Shown here piece after piece: positions 30,099 to 40,486 of a DNA stretch of 64,000 nucleotides. Positions within the stretch are counted from its first letter, which is position 1; each line of letters opens with the position of its first letter. Location of the stretch: NCBI GenBank assembly GCA_963745035.1, contig CAVUVW010000027.1, positions 192,001-256,000 on the forward strand, read 5' to 3'. This DNA comes from an uncultured delta proteobacterium. GTDB taxonomy: Bacteria; Desulfobacterota; Binatia; UBA9968. The translations under genes were made by a program, and so were the position numbers. The notes beneath the pieces are model-generated. The model made no database searches. It had not been told where the DNA came from and saw only the letters and a program-made list of their open reading frames with translations.

Positions 30099-31211
30099 AT
30101 GGAACAGAAAAGCACCGACAAATACTTTCCGACTGTCGGCGATGGCAGCGGGCTCGCTCAAAGCGATGGACTTTATAAGGAAGAGCTGCAGCTTGCGCTG
30201 CGTAATCGCGGCATGCCGCTGGAGGCGCTGCGCTATCCGATCACACCGACCGGCCTGCACTACCTGCTGATCCATTACGATATACCGACGGTGGACGCCG
30301 ACGGCTGGCGCCTCAAAATCGGCGGACGAGTCGCCAAGCCGCTCGAGCTCTCTCTGGAGGAAATCAAAAAACGGCCGCGCCGAACGATCCCCGTCACCAT
30401 GGAATGCGCCGGCAACGGCCGGGCGCTATTCGCGCCGCGGCGCATAAGCCAGCCGTGGCTTCTCGAAGCCATCGGCACCGCCGAGTGGACCGGCACGCCG
30501 CTGCGAACCATCCTGCAGGAAGCCGGCGCCAGTGCGGACACCGCGGAGATTGTTTTTACCGGTTTGGATCGAGGCGTCGAAGGCGATCAGGTGCAATACT
30601 ATCAGCGCAGTCTGACTCTCGATGAAGCGACGAAGGAAGAGGTCTTGCTCGTCTATGAGATGAACGGCGAGCCGCTGCCGCCGCAGCACGGCTATCCGCT
30701 GCGGCTCGTGAAACCCGGTTGGTACGGCATGGCGAGCGTAAAGTGGCTCGACCGAATCGAGGCTATTGCCGAGCCGTTTGAAGGCTATCAAATGGTGCGC
30801 GCCTATCGTTACGCGCAGTCCGCCGACGGGCCGGGAGAAGCGGTCGACGTGATCAGGGCGCGCGCCTTGATGATTCCTCCAGGCATCCCAGACTTCATGA
30901 CCCGCGATAGGCTGGTCGACGCCGGCCCGGTGATTCTTACCGGCAAAGCGTGGGCCGGGCTTGGCGTCGTGTCGCGCGTCGAGGTGAGCGTCGACGCCGG
31001 CGCGACATGGTCCGAGGCGCGCCTCGACGAATCGCCATCACCCTTCGCCTGGAGATCATGGACGTTCGCCTGGAATGCTACACCGGGAACTTACCTGCTG
31101 CAGGTGCGCGCGAGCGATGCGGAAGGCAATGTGCAGCCGGCCGTTCAAGAGTGGAACTTCGGCGGCTACGGCAACAACGGTGTACAGCGCGTGAGCGTCG
31201 TCGTGCGGTGA
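30099..31211 (+). CDS. sulfite oxidase family molybdoenzyme (cytoplasmic, no Tat signal)
   Basis: ECAGNGR Mo-ligand Cys, AEWTG, MNGEPLPPQHGYPLR and SVKWL motifs plus Ig-like dimerisation domain. Confidence 0.9.
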   Translation: MEQKSTDKYFPTVGDGSGLAQSDGLYKEELQLALRNRGMPLEALRYPITPTGLHYLLIHYDIPTVDADGWRLKIGGRVAKPLELSLEEIKKRPRRTIPVTMECAGNGRALFAPRRISQPWLLEAIGTAEWTGTPLRTILQEAGASADTAEIVFTGLDRGVEGDQVQYYQRSLTLDEATKEEVLLVYEMNGEPLPPQHGYPLRLVKPGWYGMASVKWLDRIEAIAEPFEGYQMVRAYRYAQSADGPGEAVDVIRARALMIPPGIPDFMTRDRLVDAGPVILTGKAWAGLGVVSRVEVSVDAGATWSEARLDESPSPFAWRSWTFAWNATPGTYLLQVRASDAEGNVQPAVQEWNFGGYGNNGVQRVSVVVR

Positions 31212-31336
31212 AATCTTTCGCGCGGTATCTGAGAAAAATCATACATCAAATTTTGCGGCGACATAATTCTCTTCAGTTCACTAATCCGCCGGCGGTTACG
31301 ATGGCAACACAGGCCCGTTGTTGGGTCGCGTATGTT

Positions 31337-31785
31337 CTAGTCCGCCTCGACGAGCGCCGCGAGTTTCGCTAGCGCGTCGCGCCAGCCGGCCTCGTTATCG
31401 GCGAGCGGCACACCGGGCGGCAGCCCGTCGTGCACGGCGAGGACATCAGTGCCGCCGGCGTCTGCATCGGCAAGCGAGATCGTGATCGTCATCTCGCCAC
31501 GCATTTCGGAATTTGTCGTCTCGAACTCGACCACTTCAACGACCTGCACATTCGTCACGAGCTTCACAAAACGGCCGTGGCGCGGTCGTCTTACCGGTCC
31601 CGGTCGGCTCGTCGTACGTTAGTGAGATCCGGAACGAGCCGCCTTCGCGGGGCTCAAACGCATGCACGTGCCTGGTCATACCGGTCGGCACCTTCCACGT
31701 TGCGATCGCGCGCGCATCGAGAAGCGCGCGATAAACGTTCTGCGCGAGGCGCGTTGATGCGGCGACTTACGCGGGTCGAGCTCAC
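31337..31785 (-). CDS. SRPBCC/AHSA1 family protein, frameshifted
   Basis: VSRRINAPR...W.VP.GM...GGSFRISL...EMTITISL...NEAGWRDALAKL across frames. Confidence 0.7.
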
Positions 31786-31949
31786 GCCCCGAACATTAGC
31801 ACGCGAAGCGAGACGAGCAACACGCGACCGGTGACCACATTCCGGTCAGTCACAGCAGTTGATTGGAATGTGTGGAACCTAAGTTCGTGTAACGTTTTCC
31901 GTTTCTGTTTACTCACGCCTCACGGCTCGCGCCTCGTGCCTCTTCTATC

Positions 31950-33080
31950 TCATTTATTCTTGCGCGTCTCTTCAAGCAGGTTCTGGATCGGCGTGAAATC
32001 CATCCACTCGGGGCGATTGATCATGATGTACTCTTTATCCTTTCTTCGTCTTGCAAGAGGCGGCACCAGTTCGGGCGGCAGGTCCTCTCTGAGCGAGCCG
32101 ACCCTGAGCTCATCGGTGTTCGCCTGCAGGAAAGCGGTCTGTCCTTCCGGCGAGAGATACCAATTGATGAAAACGCGCGCCGCGTAAGGGTGTGGGTGTT
32201 GGTTCAGCAGCACCATGGCGCCGGAGCCGGAACCGATCCCCGGTTGCTCCTCGATCTGGTACGGGTCGAGCTCGGTGACGGGAAGCTTCTGCAGCGCCGC
32301 GCGGTCGATCCTCCGGCACAAGAAACACAGCGGGTATTTTCCTTGCGCCAGCCAGTCGGTTCCCTGACGGAGGTCGCGGAACATCGTCGGTTCCATATCG
32401 CGCAGCACGCGCTCGATAAATTTCGGTCCGAGCCGGGGATGGTGATACACGTAAGTCAACGCGCTCGAGCCCTGGCCCGGACGGATTTGCAGCGCCGCCC
32501 ACTTGCCCTTCCACTTGGGCTGAACCAGATCCCAGGCCGATTTGATTTCTTTCTCGTTGACCATGCTGGTGTTGAACGAGATCGGCGCACCGTAAAGCGC
32601 GCCTTCGTACATGAAGATGTACTGGCCTTCCGGGTCGATGTAATGGTGCTTTCCCTGCCACCATTTCGACACGTCGCTCACGCTCGGGTGAGTCAGTATT
32701 GGAGCGAGCGGTTCGATGATTTTGGCCTTGTAGAGATTGAGATAGATGGCGGAGGGAGCGCCGAGGAAAACATCGGCGAGAAATTTCCCGGCCCTGCGCT
32801 CACCGAAGAGCTTGGGAAAAAGATCGCTGCCTCTTCCCATGGTCGTGCCGGCAAATTTGATTTTCGGGTAGCGCTTCTGAAAAGCGGCCCAGATCACCTG
32901 CGCGTTGCCGATCGAGTCGGTCGCGTAGACGGCGACCTGTCCCTCCTCCTCCGCTCGTTTCACCGTCGCTTCCCAGTCCTGAACCGCGACAGGCCGTTCG
33001 GCCGCGGGCGCGACGCCGGTCAGGACAAACGCAAGCAGGTAAACTGAAATTACATATCGCTTCGCCAACTCGAGAATCAT
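31950..33080 (-). CDS. ABC-type extracellular solute-binding protein
   Basis: Signal peptide; WEATVKRAEEEG, ERRAGK, PKWKGK and HPYAARVFINWYLSPEGQ; paralog of 19760. Confidence 0.85.
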   Translation of the reverse strand: MILELAKRYVISVYLLAFVLTGVAPAAERPVAVQDWEATVKRAEEEGQVAVYATDSIGNAQVIWAAFQKRYPKIKFAGTTMGRGSDLFPKLFGERRAGKFLADVFLGAPSAIYLNLYKAKIIEPLAPILTHPSVSDVSKWWQGKHHYIDPEGQYIFMYEGALYGAPISFNTSMVNEKEIKSAWDLVQPKWKGKWAALQIRPGQGSSALTYVYHHPRLGPKFIERVLRDMEPTMFRDLRQGTDWLAQGKYPLCFLCRRIDRAALQKLPVTELDPYQIEEQPGIGSGSGAMVLLNQHPHPYAARVFINWYLSPEGQTAFLQANTDELRVGSLREDLPPELVPPLARRRKDKEYIMINRPEWMDFTPIQNLLEETRKNK

Positions 33081-33307
33081 AACCGTTCCTCCGTTACCCG
33101 TGTCCGTCGGCGTCCCGGTGCGGCGTCGTGAAAATAAAGAAGGCGTTTTCGAGCGGAGGTTATCCGATCGCAGCCGGCGCGGTCAACTAGGTCGGCATCG
33201 ACTTTATTTTCGGTTGAAAAGAAAACCCGGCTTCGATACGTTTCCCAGCAGGATTTGAGGCCTTTTAAGAAATGCCGGAGCCTGCGCTCTTGGCGGGGAG
33301 AACAGAG

Positions 33308-34117
33308 ATGGCGCTCGTCGATGGCTTCAGCCACCTTGTGGTTCAGGTAACCGATCTCGACCGGTCGGAAAAGTTTTACCAGGAAGTCCTGGGACTGGAC
33401 GTGGTCGGAAGGAATCTCGTGAACGAGGACGGGCCCAACGCGCTTCTCAAGACGAATACCGGCCAGATGGTTCTCCTGATCCAAGTCGCCGAAGTCGAGC
33501 CGTTCCGTCCCAATAGCAACAGCATCCATCATGCCTGGCTCTTGACGGTCGAACAGTACAGGCTCGCGCAGGAAAGATTGCAGGCCTTCGGTTATAGCAT
33601 CGAGGACAGCCGCGAAGAGTTCCGGGCGATGGGCGAAAGAAGCATGGATATCTACGATCCGGACGGTCACCGTTATCAGATCCAGGCCCACGGTCCCGAA
33701 GCGACCAAGATCATCCGGCCGAGCGCCGGCAAGGTGAACTGCGGCAAGATGGACGACTTCGACGCGGGCTCCGTTACGCCGTTCAGCAAGGAAATGTTTT
33801 TCCTGGTGCGCCTCAATGAAGGTTTCTTGGCGCTTTCGAGTTGGTGCACGCACCGAAACGGCAAGATCAAGTGGGAAAAGGAGCATTGGCGTTTCTACTG
33901 CCCGTTTCATAGCGCCACGTACAATCGCAGGGGCGAGTTCACCGGTCACCTGGAAAATGTCGGTCCGCTCAGACTGCACCCCGTCACGATCGCAGAAGAC
34001 GGGAGCGTGATCGTTGACACCGCCGAAGTTCTCGTGCGCAAAGATCATAGTCCGGATCAAGTTGTCAACGCCGCTTGCGGCGCGCGGTTCTGTGCCGCTG
34101 ACGTGGAGCGAGTTTAG
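33308..34117 (+). CDS. VOC (glyoxalase-like) domain fused to Rieske [2Fe-2S] domain
   Basis: N-terminal SHLVVQVTDLDRSEKFY...YDPDGH; C-terminal CTH...CPFH. Confidence 0.85.
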   Translation: MALVDGFSHLVVQVTDLDRSEKFYQEVLGLDVVGRNLVNEDGPNALLKTNTGQMVLLIQVAEVEPFRPNSNSIHHAWLLTVEQYRLAQERLQAFGYSIEDSREEFRAMGERSMDIYDPDGHRYQIQAHGPEATKIIRPSAGKVNCGKMDDFDAGSVTPFSKEMFFLVRLNEGFLALSSWCTHRNGKIKWEKEHWRFYCPFHSATYNRRGEFTGHLENVGPLRLHPVTIAEDGSVIVDTAEVLVRKDHSPDQVVNAACGARFCAADVERV

Positions 34118-34153
34118 CGAGAAGTTTCAGGCCGAGTGAACAAGGAGGAGATC

Positions 34154-34621
34154 ATGGCCGATATCGAGGGCCTCAGCCACAGCGCCATTTGCGTTCATGA
34201 CCTCCGCGAAGCGGAAGACTTCTACTGCAATGTCCTTGGCGCCCGCCTCGGAACCCGCGTCAACTTCAAGACCGACGACGCCGTCCGAGGTAGATCGGTG
34301 CATGGCTCGGTCATCCTGGAAGACTACCTTCTGGCCTTGATGGTGCCGCGCGACTTTATGCCGATGCCTCCGGCGGAACAACACCGCGGCGCGCACGGCT
34401 TTCGCCACGCCTTTCGCGTGACGCGCGCTCGCTTCGACGAAATCACCGGCGAGCTCAAGCGGCGTCAGATTCTGTTCGAAGGCCCGGTGGAGCACCCCGA
34501 GCAAAGTCCTTTTGGCGAGTCGATCTACTTCAAAGACCCGAGCGGAAACTTTCTCGAAATCCTCTGGCGGCGGGACGAGCACGTGAGCTACGACAAACCC
34601 TACGTTACCGGTGTCGGATAA
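34154..34621 (+). CDS. VOC family protein
   Basis: SHSAICVHDL, RHAF and YFKDPSGNFLE (H/H/E metal set); AAGGAGGAG RBS. Confidence 0.85.
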   Translation: MADIEGLSHSAICVHDLREAEDFYCNVLGARLGTRVNFKTDDAVRGRSVHGSVILEDYLLALMVPRDFMPMPPAEQHRGAHGFRHAFRVTRARFDEITGELKRRQILFEGPVEHPEQSPFGESIYFKDPSGNFLEILWRRDEHVSYDKPYVTGVG

Positions 34622-34644
34622 GCAGCGAACGTACTTTTTCACGC

Positions 34645-35544
34645 ATGCTCATGGACGGCATCAATCACATTGTCATCGAAGTCGCCGATCTCGAGCGAGC
34701 CAAGGATTTTTATCGCCTGCTCGGCTTCGAATTCGCCGGCGACGATTGCATGCCGGAGTGCGGTCGCAACGCGTTGTTCCGAGCCGCTTCGGGTCAAGTC
34801 GTTATCCTCTCGGAAACTCCGCAGCCTCGTTCGCTTCCCGAAACCGGCGTGCATGAGGCCTATCGGATCAGCCCATCGAACCGCGACGCCGTCGCTAAGC
34901 AATTGGCGGATTACGACGTGCCCGTGCACAACTATGAGGAAGACCGGCCGAGCGAAAAGGGTGACAATTTTTATTTTTACGATCCGGACGGCAATCGCAT
35001 TCAGTTGATCGCGGCGGCGACTGCCGACGCACCCCGCAAGATTCTCGGCATCGACCACGCGGCGATCGAGTGTCACGACCTCGAATGGGCGGAAGATTTC
35101 TACGTAAAGCGGCTTGGCTTGACCGTGGATCATCGAGTCGGCTGGCGCACCGACGACTATGTGCGCGCCAAGCTCTGGGGCGAAGGCAAAGAGAACATGG
35201 CGCCCGGCACGCGCCGTTGGGACCAACGCTACACGGTCATGGAGCAGAAGCGGCGGCTGCCGCGTCCCAACACGCATTTTTTTGTGCGCGTCGGCGATCA
35301 GGTGCTGGGCATCTATCTCGCCACCCAACATCGCCAAGAGCCGCCCGAGGAACAAATCGTCGGCACGCCGAGAGTCGCTTTTCGCGCCAGCCGCCGAGTC
35401 CTGGATCAAACGGCGCAGCTGCTCGCGACGACGCGGACGCCGATCCAGGGGCCGGTGGAACATGCCGAGCCGGCGCCGATCGCGGCTTCCCTCTACGTCA
35501 GAGACCCGGGCGGAAATTTTCTGGAGATCTGCGTCCCGCGGTGA
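34645..35544 (+). CDS. two-domain VOC family protein
   Basis: INHIVIEVADLE...YDPDGNRIQ and IDHAAIECHDLE...RDPGGNFLE. Confidence 0.85.
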   Translation: MLMDGINHIVIEVADLERAKDFYRLLGFEFAGDDCMPECGRNALFRAASGQVVILSETPQPRSLPETGVHEAYRISPSNRDAVAKQLADYDVPVHNYEEDRPSEKGDNFYFYDPDGNRIQLIAAATADAPRKILGIDHAAIECHDLEWAEDFYVKRLGLTVDHRVGWRTDDYVRAKLWGEGKENMAPGTRRWDQRYTVMEQKRRLPRPNTHFFVRVGDQVLGIYLATQHRQEPPEEQIVGTPRVAFRASRRVLDQTAQLLATTRTPIQGPVEHAEPAPIAASLYVRDPGGNFLEICVPR

Positions 35545-35606
35545 AACGAGTCGCGGTAGCGGAACCGGTCGAGGATGGAAGATCGCAAAATCATTTAAAT
35601 TGCACG

Positions 35607-35646
35607 TTGAACCTCTGGAACCTTTGGAACCGTTGGAACTTTGGAC
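35607..35646. repeat. 9-bp period degenerate tandem repeat (TTGAAC/TGGAAC core)
   Basis: TTGAACCTC TGGAACCTT TGGAACCGT TGGAACTT TGGACA. Confidence 0.7.
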
Positions 35647-35751
35647 AATTGAATTGAAATCCGCTAAGTCAAAAATGGCACTCGTGCTTCTCCAACATTC
35701 TGCCGTCGATCTCATCGATCCTCGATCCTCAAACTTCTCGTCGGAGGTACC

Positions 35752-36966
35752 ATGGCTGAACTCTACCCCTACCCGCGCTTTTCCCTGACCGAAAGAGACC
35801 GCCGCTGGAAGGCCGTGCGAGACCTGATGCGTCAGCACCGGCTCGATGTCATCGTTACGCCGAACAACACCGGCCACTCGATGGACTTTCAGTCGAACAC
35901 TCGCTACCTCACTCATTGCGGCGGCGGCGGCGATGCCGATATCGCGGCGGTTTTTCCGTTGGAAGGAGAGGTGACCGCCATCGCGACCAGCGCGGAGCCG
36001 CGCTGGCCGCCGGTTCAGGACTGGACCCAGGATGTGCGCGAGGCCCGGCGCAACTATGGGCGGGTGATCGTCGAGCGGCTGAAGGAACTAAAGGTCGAGC
36101 GCGGGCGCATCGGCATCACCGGTCTCGGTGAGGTCGAGGGAACGCGCACGCCTGAAGGAACCATCCTTTACGGCACCTGGAAGCAGATTCGCGAGTCGTT
36201 TCCCCAAGCCGAGCTGGTCGATGCGACCGAGGTTCTGGCCGAAGTGCGCTATGTGAAAAGCGTCGAGGAAATCGCGGCGCTGACAAAGTCCATGGAGATC
36301 ATCGAGCTCGCTTATGAGGCGGAGATCAACGCGGCCAAACCCGGGGTGAAGGACTGGGACGTGTGGGCGGAAACGCAATGCGCCCTCATGCGCAACGGCT
36401 CGGAGATGCCGGTGCATTGCAACTGGGTCTCGGGGAAAAAACCCGAGCGCACTCTCACCCGTCCGAGCATGCGCATTCTCGAGCGCGGCGATCTGATCAT
36501 CAACGAAGTCGAGTCCTCCTGGATCGGCTACCGCTCCCAAGGGGTTCAGCCGGTCTTCGTCGGAGTGGCCGACCCGGTGTTCCTGGAGCTGATCAAAGTC
36601 CAAAGAGAAATCTTCAATCGCATGATGGAAAATCTCAAACCCGGAGTGACGGTGAAGGAATTAGCCGAGCTGGCGGCAACCTGCGCGGAACGAGCGGCGC
36701 CGACGTCCGGTCCGGCGGCTGGAGCTACCGCGCAGCTCACCATGCACGGACGCGGCGCGGGCGACGATGGGCCGATTATCACCTCCCACGCTCGCAGCCC
36801 GCGCCAGCTCTCGGTCGCTTTACGCGAGAACATGGTCTTTATTTTCAAGCCTTCCGCGAAAGCGAGGGACGGCTCGCTTTGCACATGGGGCGACACCGTG
36901 TTGATCACCGCTAAAGGCGGCCAAAGATTGGGAAAGCGGCCGCACGATCTCGCGGTGTCGACGTGA
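35752..36966 (+). CDS. M24 (creatinase/prolidase fold) hydrolase
   Basis: ERDRRW, creatinase N-domain, R.VKS.EE, LERGD and HG motifs; GGAGG RBS. Confidence 0.85.
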   Translation: MAELYPYPRFSLTERDRRWKAVRDLMRQHRLDVIVTPNNTGHSMDFQSNTRYLTHCGGGGDADIAAVFPLEGEVTAIATSAEPRWPPVQDWTQDVREARRNYGRVIVERLKELKVERGRIGITGLGEVEGTRTPEGTILYGTWKQIRESFPQAELVDATEVLAEVRYVKSVEEIAALTKSMEIIELAYEAEINAAKPGVKDWDVWAETQCALMRNGSEMPVHCNWVSGKKPERTLTRPSMRILERGDLIINEVESSWIGYRSQGVQPVFVGVADPVFLELIKVQREIFNRMMENLKPGVTVKELAELAATCAERAAPTSGPAAGATAQLTMHGRGAGDDGPIITSHARSPRQLSVALRENMVFIFKPSAKARDGSLCTWGDTVLITAKGGQRLGKRPHDLAVST

Positions 36967-37126
36967 AGTTCCTCAAACGCGAACGTGAGGGCAGTGTCCG
37001 ATCAGTCCAGCTGCGCTGCGCTGTCTTTTCGTCCCAAATTTAAGCAATCGATCTTGCTAAATTTATTCTTGACGTTTTGAACGGAGCGCAGCGGTTGAAC
37101 TGCTTGAACGTTTTGAACGCCGTTCT

Positions 37127-38266
37127 CTATTTAGTGAACCCGTAAAAGCGCGCGGTGTTATCGACGAGCAGCTTCGCTTGCTCGCCTCGCCGATATCACT
37201 TCGCTTGAGGAAGACATCGACCGCGCCGTAGAGCCGGTCACCGTGCGGGATGTCCGAGCCGTAAACCCAGCACTCGTCGCCGAACTCTTCGATGGCGAAC
37301 GGCAGCAGTTTCTCGTCGACCTCGAAGCCGAAGTAAATCTGTCCGCGCTCGATGTATTCCTTGGGCGGATGCTTGCCCGTGTAGCCTCTGTGAAAATCCA
37401 CTCCCGCGCGCGCGCCGGGAAAGCCGCTGTATTCTTCGATTCGCTCCACCAACGCGGGCACCCAGGAGCAGCCGGCTTCGAGAAACGCAATTTTCAAGTT
37501 CGGATAGCGATCGGCGATGCCTTTCGAGATTACGCGGTGAAAGGCGAATTGCACGGTGAGCCAAAACGATATCGCCGTCTTGTCGTGGTGCGTGTCGTTC
37601 ACTTGGCCAAGCGCGCGAAAGCTGTGTCCGGTATGCACAGCCACGGGAAGCCCGGTTTCGTTGGCCGCAGCCCAGATCGGTTCCATGGGCGGGTCGTCGA
37701 TTCTCACGTCGCCGGTGACGCCGAGCAACATCACGGCCACCGCTCCTCTCTCCTTGCCCCGCTCGATTTCCCGAACCGACGCCTGCGGATCGACGGGATC
37801 GATGATCGTGACCCACTTTAAGCGATCGGGATATTGACTGGTAAGGTCGGCGACCCAACTGTTGTACGCGCGCATCATCGCCACTGCCAACGCCCGATCG
37901 TAAGTGATCGGATAGGAGAGAAACATAGTCGGATAGATCACTTGAACTTCTGTATTCTCGCGGTCCAACTGTTCGATCCGAGCTTTGACCGAGCGCATCT
38001 CCGCGCTTTCGACGGGGTCGTGAGGACTGATGCCCGGCGTGACTTTCGCCGGCACGCTCGTTTTTGCTGAGAGGAAAACCGGCTTGCTGATAAGGCCCGC
38101 TCCGCACGGGAAAAGAGCGGGTATCGATCATCCAGTAGAGCGGCCCGTCCGGACCGGTCTCGATGATACTCGGCTTGCGCTCTTTTAATTTCGGATCCCA
38201 GTATTTGTCCGAAAACGTCACTTCGGATTCCGATACATGCCCGTCGGCGTCCCACGCCTTGATCAT
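37127..38266 (-). CDS. amidohydrolase_2 family (ACMSD/LigW-like) protein, frameshifted
   Basis: DADGHV, QVIYPT, AYNSW, VAVH, FLEAGCSW and GSDIPHGD motifs; C-terminus DNTARFYG in another frame. Confidence 0.85.
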
Positions 38267-38431
38267 GCGCACCTCTACGTCCAAACACCTTGGTTGTTGA
38301 TATCGGTAGATTTATCACAGCATATGGCCGAATGTTAACTTTGGGTGCGTGGGAGCGCGATGCATTTCACAATACTCAACTCCGGCTGAGAACCTTGCGC
38401 GTTCCGGCGCTTTCATTCTACTCTGAAAAAA

Positions 38432-39640
38432 ATGATTACTTTCGTCGACGTCGAAGAGGCGCGGGAGCGGATCAAGGATCAGATTTATCTGTCGCCCTTT
38501 CCTCACTCGGCAACCATCAGCCGGATGACCGGAAACAAAGTGTTCTTCAAACTGGAGAATTTGCAGCTCACGGGCTCGTTCAAGGAACGCGGCGCGCTCA
38601 ACCGGCTGCTGACGCTCACGTCGCAGGATGCACAGCGCGGCGTGATTGCCGCGAGCGCCGGCAACCACGGCATGGCCGTGGCTTATCACAGCCGGCGTCT
38701 GGGTATCGCTTCGACCATCGTCATGCCGCGATCGGCGCCGCTCATCAAAGTCACCCGCGTGCGCCAGTATGGCGCCCAGTGCCTGCTCCACGGCAGCGAT
38801 TACGACGGCGCCTACGCCGAAGCGAAGCGCCTCAGCGCGGAACAGGGTCTCACTTTCATCTCGGCCTTCGATGATCCGTGGATCGTCGCCGGCCAGGGCA
38901 CCATCGGCCTCGAGCTCTACGAACAGAATCCCGAGCTCGACGCGGCGGTCGTGCCGGTGGGCGGCGGCGGCTTGATTGCCGGCGTCGCGCTCGCGTTAAA
39001 AACCTTGATACCCAAGTTGCGCATCATCGGCGTGCAAAGCGAAGCGGTGCCGTCGATGAAAGCAGCGCTGGAAAAAGGCGCGCCGGCAAAGCTGCCGGCG
39101 GCAACGACCATCGCCGACGGCATCGCCGTGCGCGCCGTCGGAGCAACGCCCCTCGAGTTGGTGAAACACTACGTCGACGATATCGTCACGGTGAGCGAGG
39201 GCCAGATCGCCAACGCGGTGCTAACTTTGCTCGAGGTGGAAAAGACGGTCGCCGAGGGTGCCGCTGCCGTGCCGCTGGCGGCATTGCTCAACAAGAAAAC
39301 TTCGCTGGCGGGAAAGAACGTCGGGATTGTTGTCACGGGCGGCAACATCGATATGAACCTGATTTCGCGCATTATCGAGAGCGGATTGATCCAGGACGGA
39401 CGCCTCGGCAGATTCGCCGTGGTGATCTCCGACCGGCCGGGCAGCCTGGCGCGGTTGTCGCAGCGGGTCGCGGACTTGGGCGCCAATATTTTACAGATCA
39501 GCCATAGCCGCGGCTTCGGAAAGATGGCGATCGGCGAGACCGAAGTCGAGCTGATCCTGGAAACCGCCGGCGCCGAGCATATCCAGCGGATCTACGACAC
39601 CCTCAGCGCCGACAAATTCAAGATCAAAAACGAACCCTAG
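38432..39640 (+). CDS. ilvA: threonine ammonia-lyase with C-terminal ACT domain
   Basis: ENLQLTGSFKERGA, ASAGNH, GQGT, PVGGGGL, GGNID and DRPGSL motifs. Confidence 0.92.
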   Translation: MITFVDVEEARERIKDQIYLSPFPHSATISRMTGNKVFFKLENLQLTGSFKERGALNRLLTLTSQDAQRGVIAASAGNHGMAVAYHSRRLGIASTIVMPRSAPLIKVTRVRQYGAQCLLHGSDYDGAYAEAKRLSAEQGLTFISAFDDPWIVAGQGTIGLELYEQNPELDAAVVPVGGGGLIAGVALALKTLIPKLRIIGVQSEAVPSMKAALEKGAPAKLPAATTIADGIAVRAVGATPLELVKHYVDDIVTVSEGQIANAVLTLLEVEKTVAEGAAAVPLAALLNKKTSLAGKNVGIVVTGGNIDMNLISRIIESGLIQDGRLGRFAVVISDRPGSLARLSQRVADLGANILQISHSRGFGKMAIGETEVELILETAGAEHIQRIYDTLSADKFKIKNEP

Positions 39641-39694
39641 AGCGAGCCTGCACAACGCGGCAGCAACGGTTGTCCTCCATCCGCGACTCTCTCA

Positions 39695-40486
39695 TCATCG
39701 GCGCGCATCTTTCGCTCTATCGATCGGCCGGTTTTCGGCGCCGGACTCCACTGCCGCCACCAAACTATCGGCAAGCAGGCGGGCGATACAGTTATAGCTC
39801 ACGTCGTTCATATGGAGGCCGTCGCTCGAAATGATGTCCTCCGTCTTGTATTGGCCGCTCGATATCCAGTGCCGCATCACCGCAAAGCGGTGGAACACGG
39901 CCACGTTGGTGTCGTTGGCTACCGCAGCGATGGAATCCACGACCGGCAGGTGCATGCGTCGCGCGAGCACGCGCGGCGCGAACTGCGGGTCCATCAACAC
40001 GACGTCCGCCGCTGCCGCCTTGAGACGGCTGATCCCCTGGCGGATTGTTTCGCCATAGCCCTCGATGTTCTCGCTTAGCAGCAACTGATTGCTGCCCGTC
40101 TGCCAGACGACGAGCTGCGGATGGTAGGGAAGCACGTCGCGCTCAAAACGAGCCAGCATCTGCGACGCTAGCTCGCCGGCGACGCCTTTGTTGATCACGG
40201 TCACCGCGAGCTGCGGCCAACGATGGCGCAATTCTTCGGCGAGCACAGCGGGATAGGCGCGCGCCGGGTCGGAGGCGCCTATCCCGGCCGTCGAGGAAGA
40301 ACCGATGGCGACAATGGCGAGGGGTTGGCGCGAGCGCACCGCGCGGGCGGTGTTGGGCAGCTTCACTTTGAAGCGCGTCATCTCCTGGGGCGCGCTGCAA
40401 GCCAATGCCTTGTGCGCGGCTCCGGCGGAGGCCGCGAGAAGCAGGAGCGAGACGAGCGAGGACGTCGTCCATAGAAGCCTACTCAT
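39695..40486 (-). CDS. SGNH/GDSL hydrolase
   Basis: GSSST, NKGVAG, WQTGSN and DGLH motifs. Confidence 0.88.
   Translation of the reverse strand: MSRLLWTTSSLVSLLLLAASAGAAHKALACSAPQEMTRFKVKLPNTARAVRSRQPLAIVAIGSSSTAGIGASDPARAYPAVLAEELRHRWPQLAVTVINKGVAGELASQMLARFERDVLPYHPQLVVWQTGSNQLLLSENIEGYGETIRQGISRLKAAAADVVLMDPQFAPRVLARRMHLPVVDSIAAVANDTNVAVFHRFAVMRHWISSGQYKTEDIISSDGLHMNDVSYNCIARLLADSLVAAVESGAENRPIDRAKDARR

Noticed and set aside
35607-35646. Short repeats considered as a CRISPR array
   Set aside because: No constant 23-47 bp repeats with unique spacers and no cas genes in the window
34639-35916. 425-aa minus-strand ORF and similar long antisense ORFs (16470-17444, 33077-34060, 32190-33047)
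   Set aside because: Shadows of well-supported genes on the opposite strand, expected in GC-rich DNA
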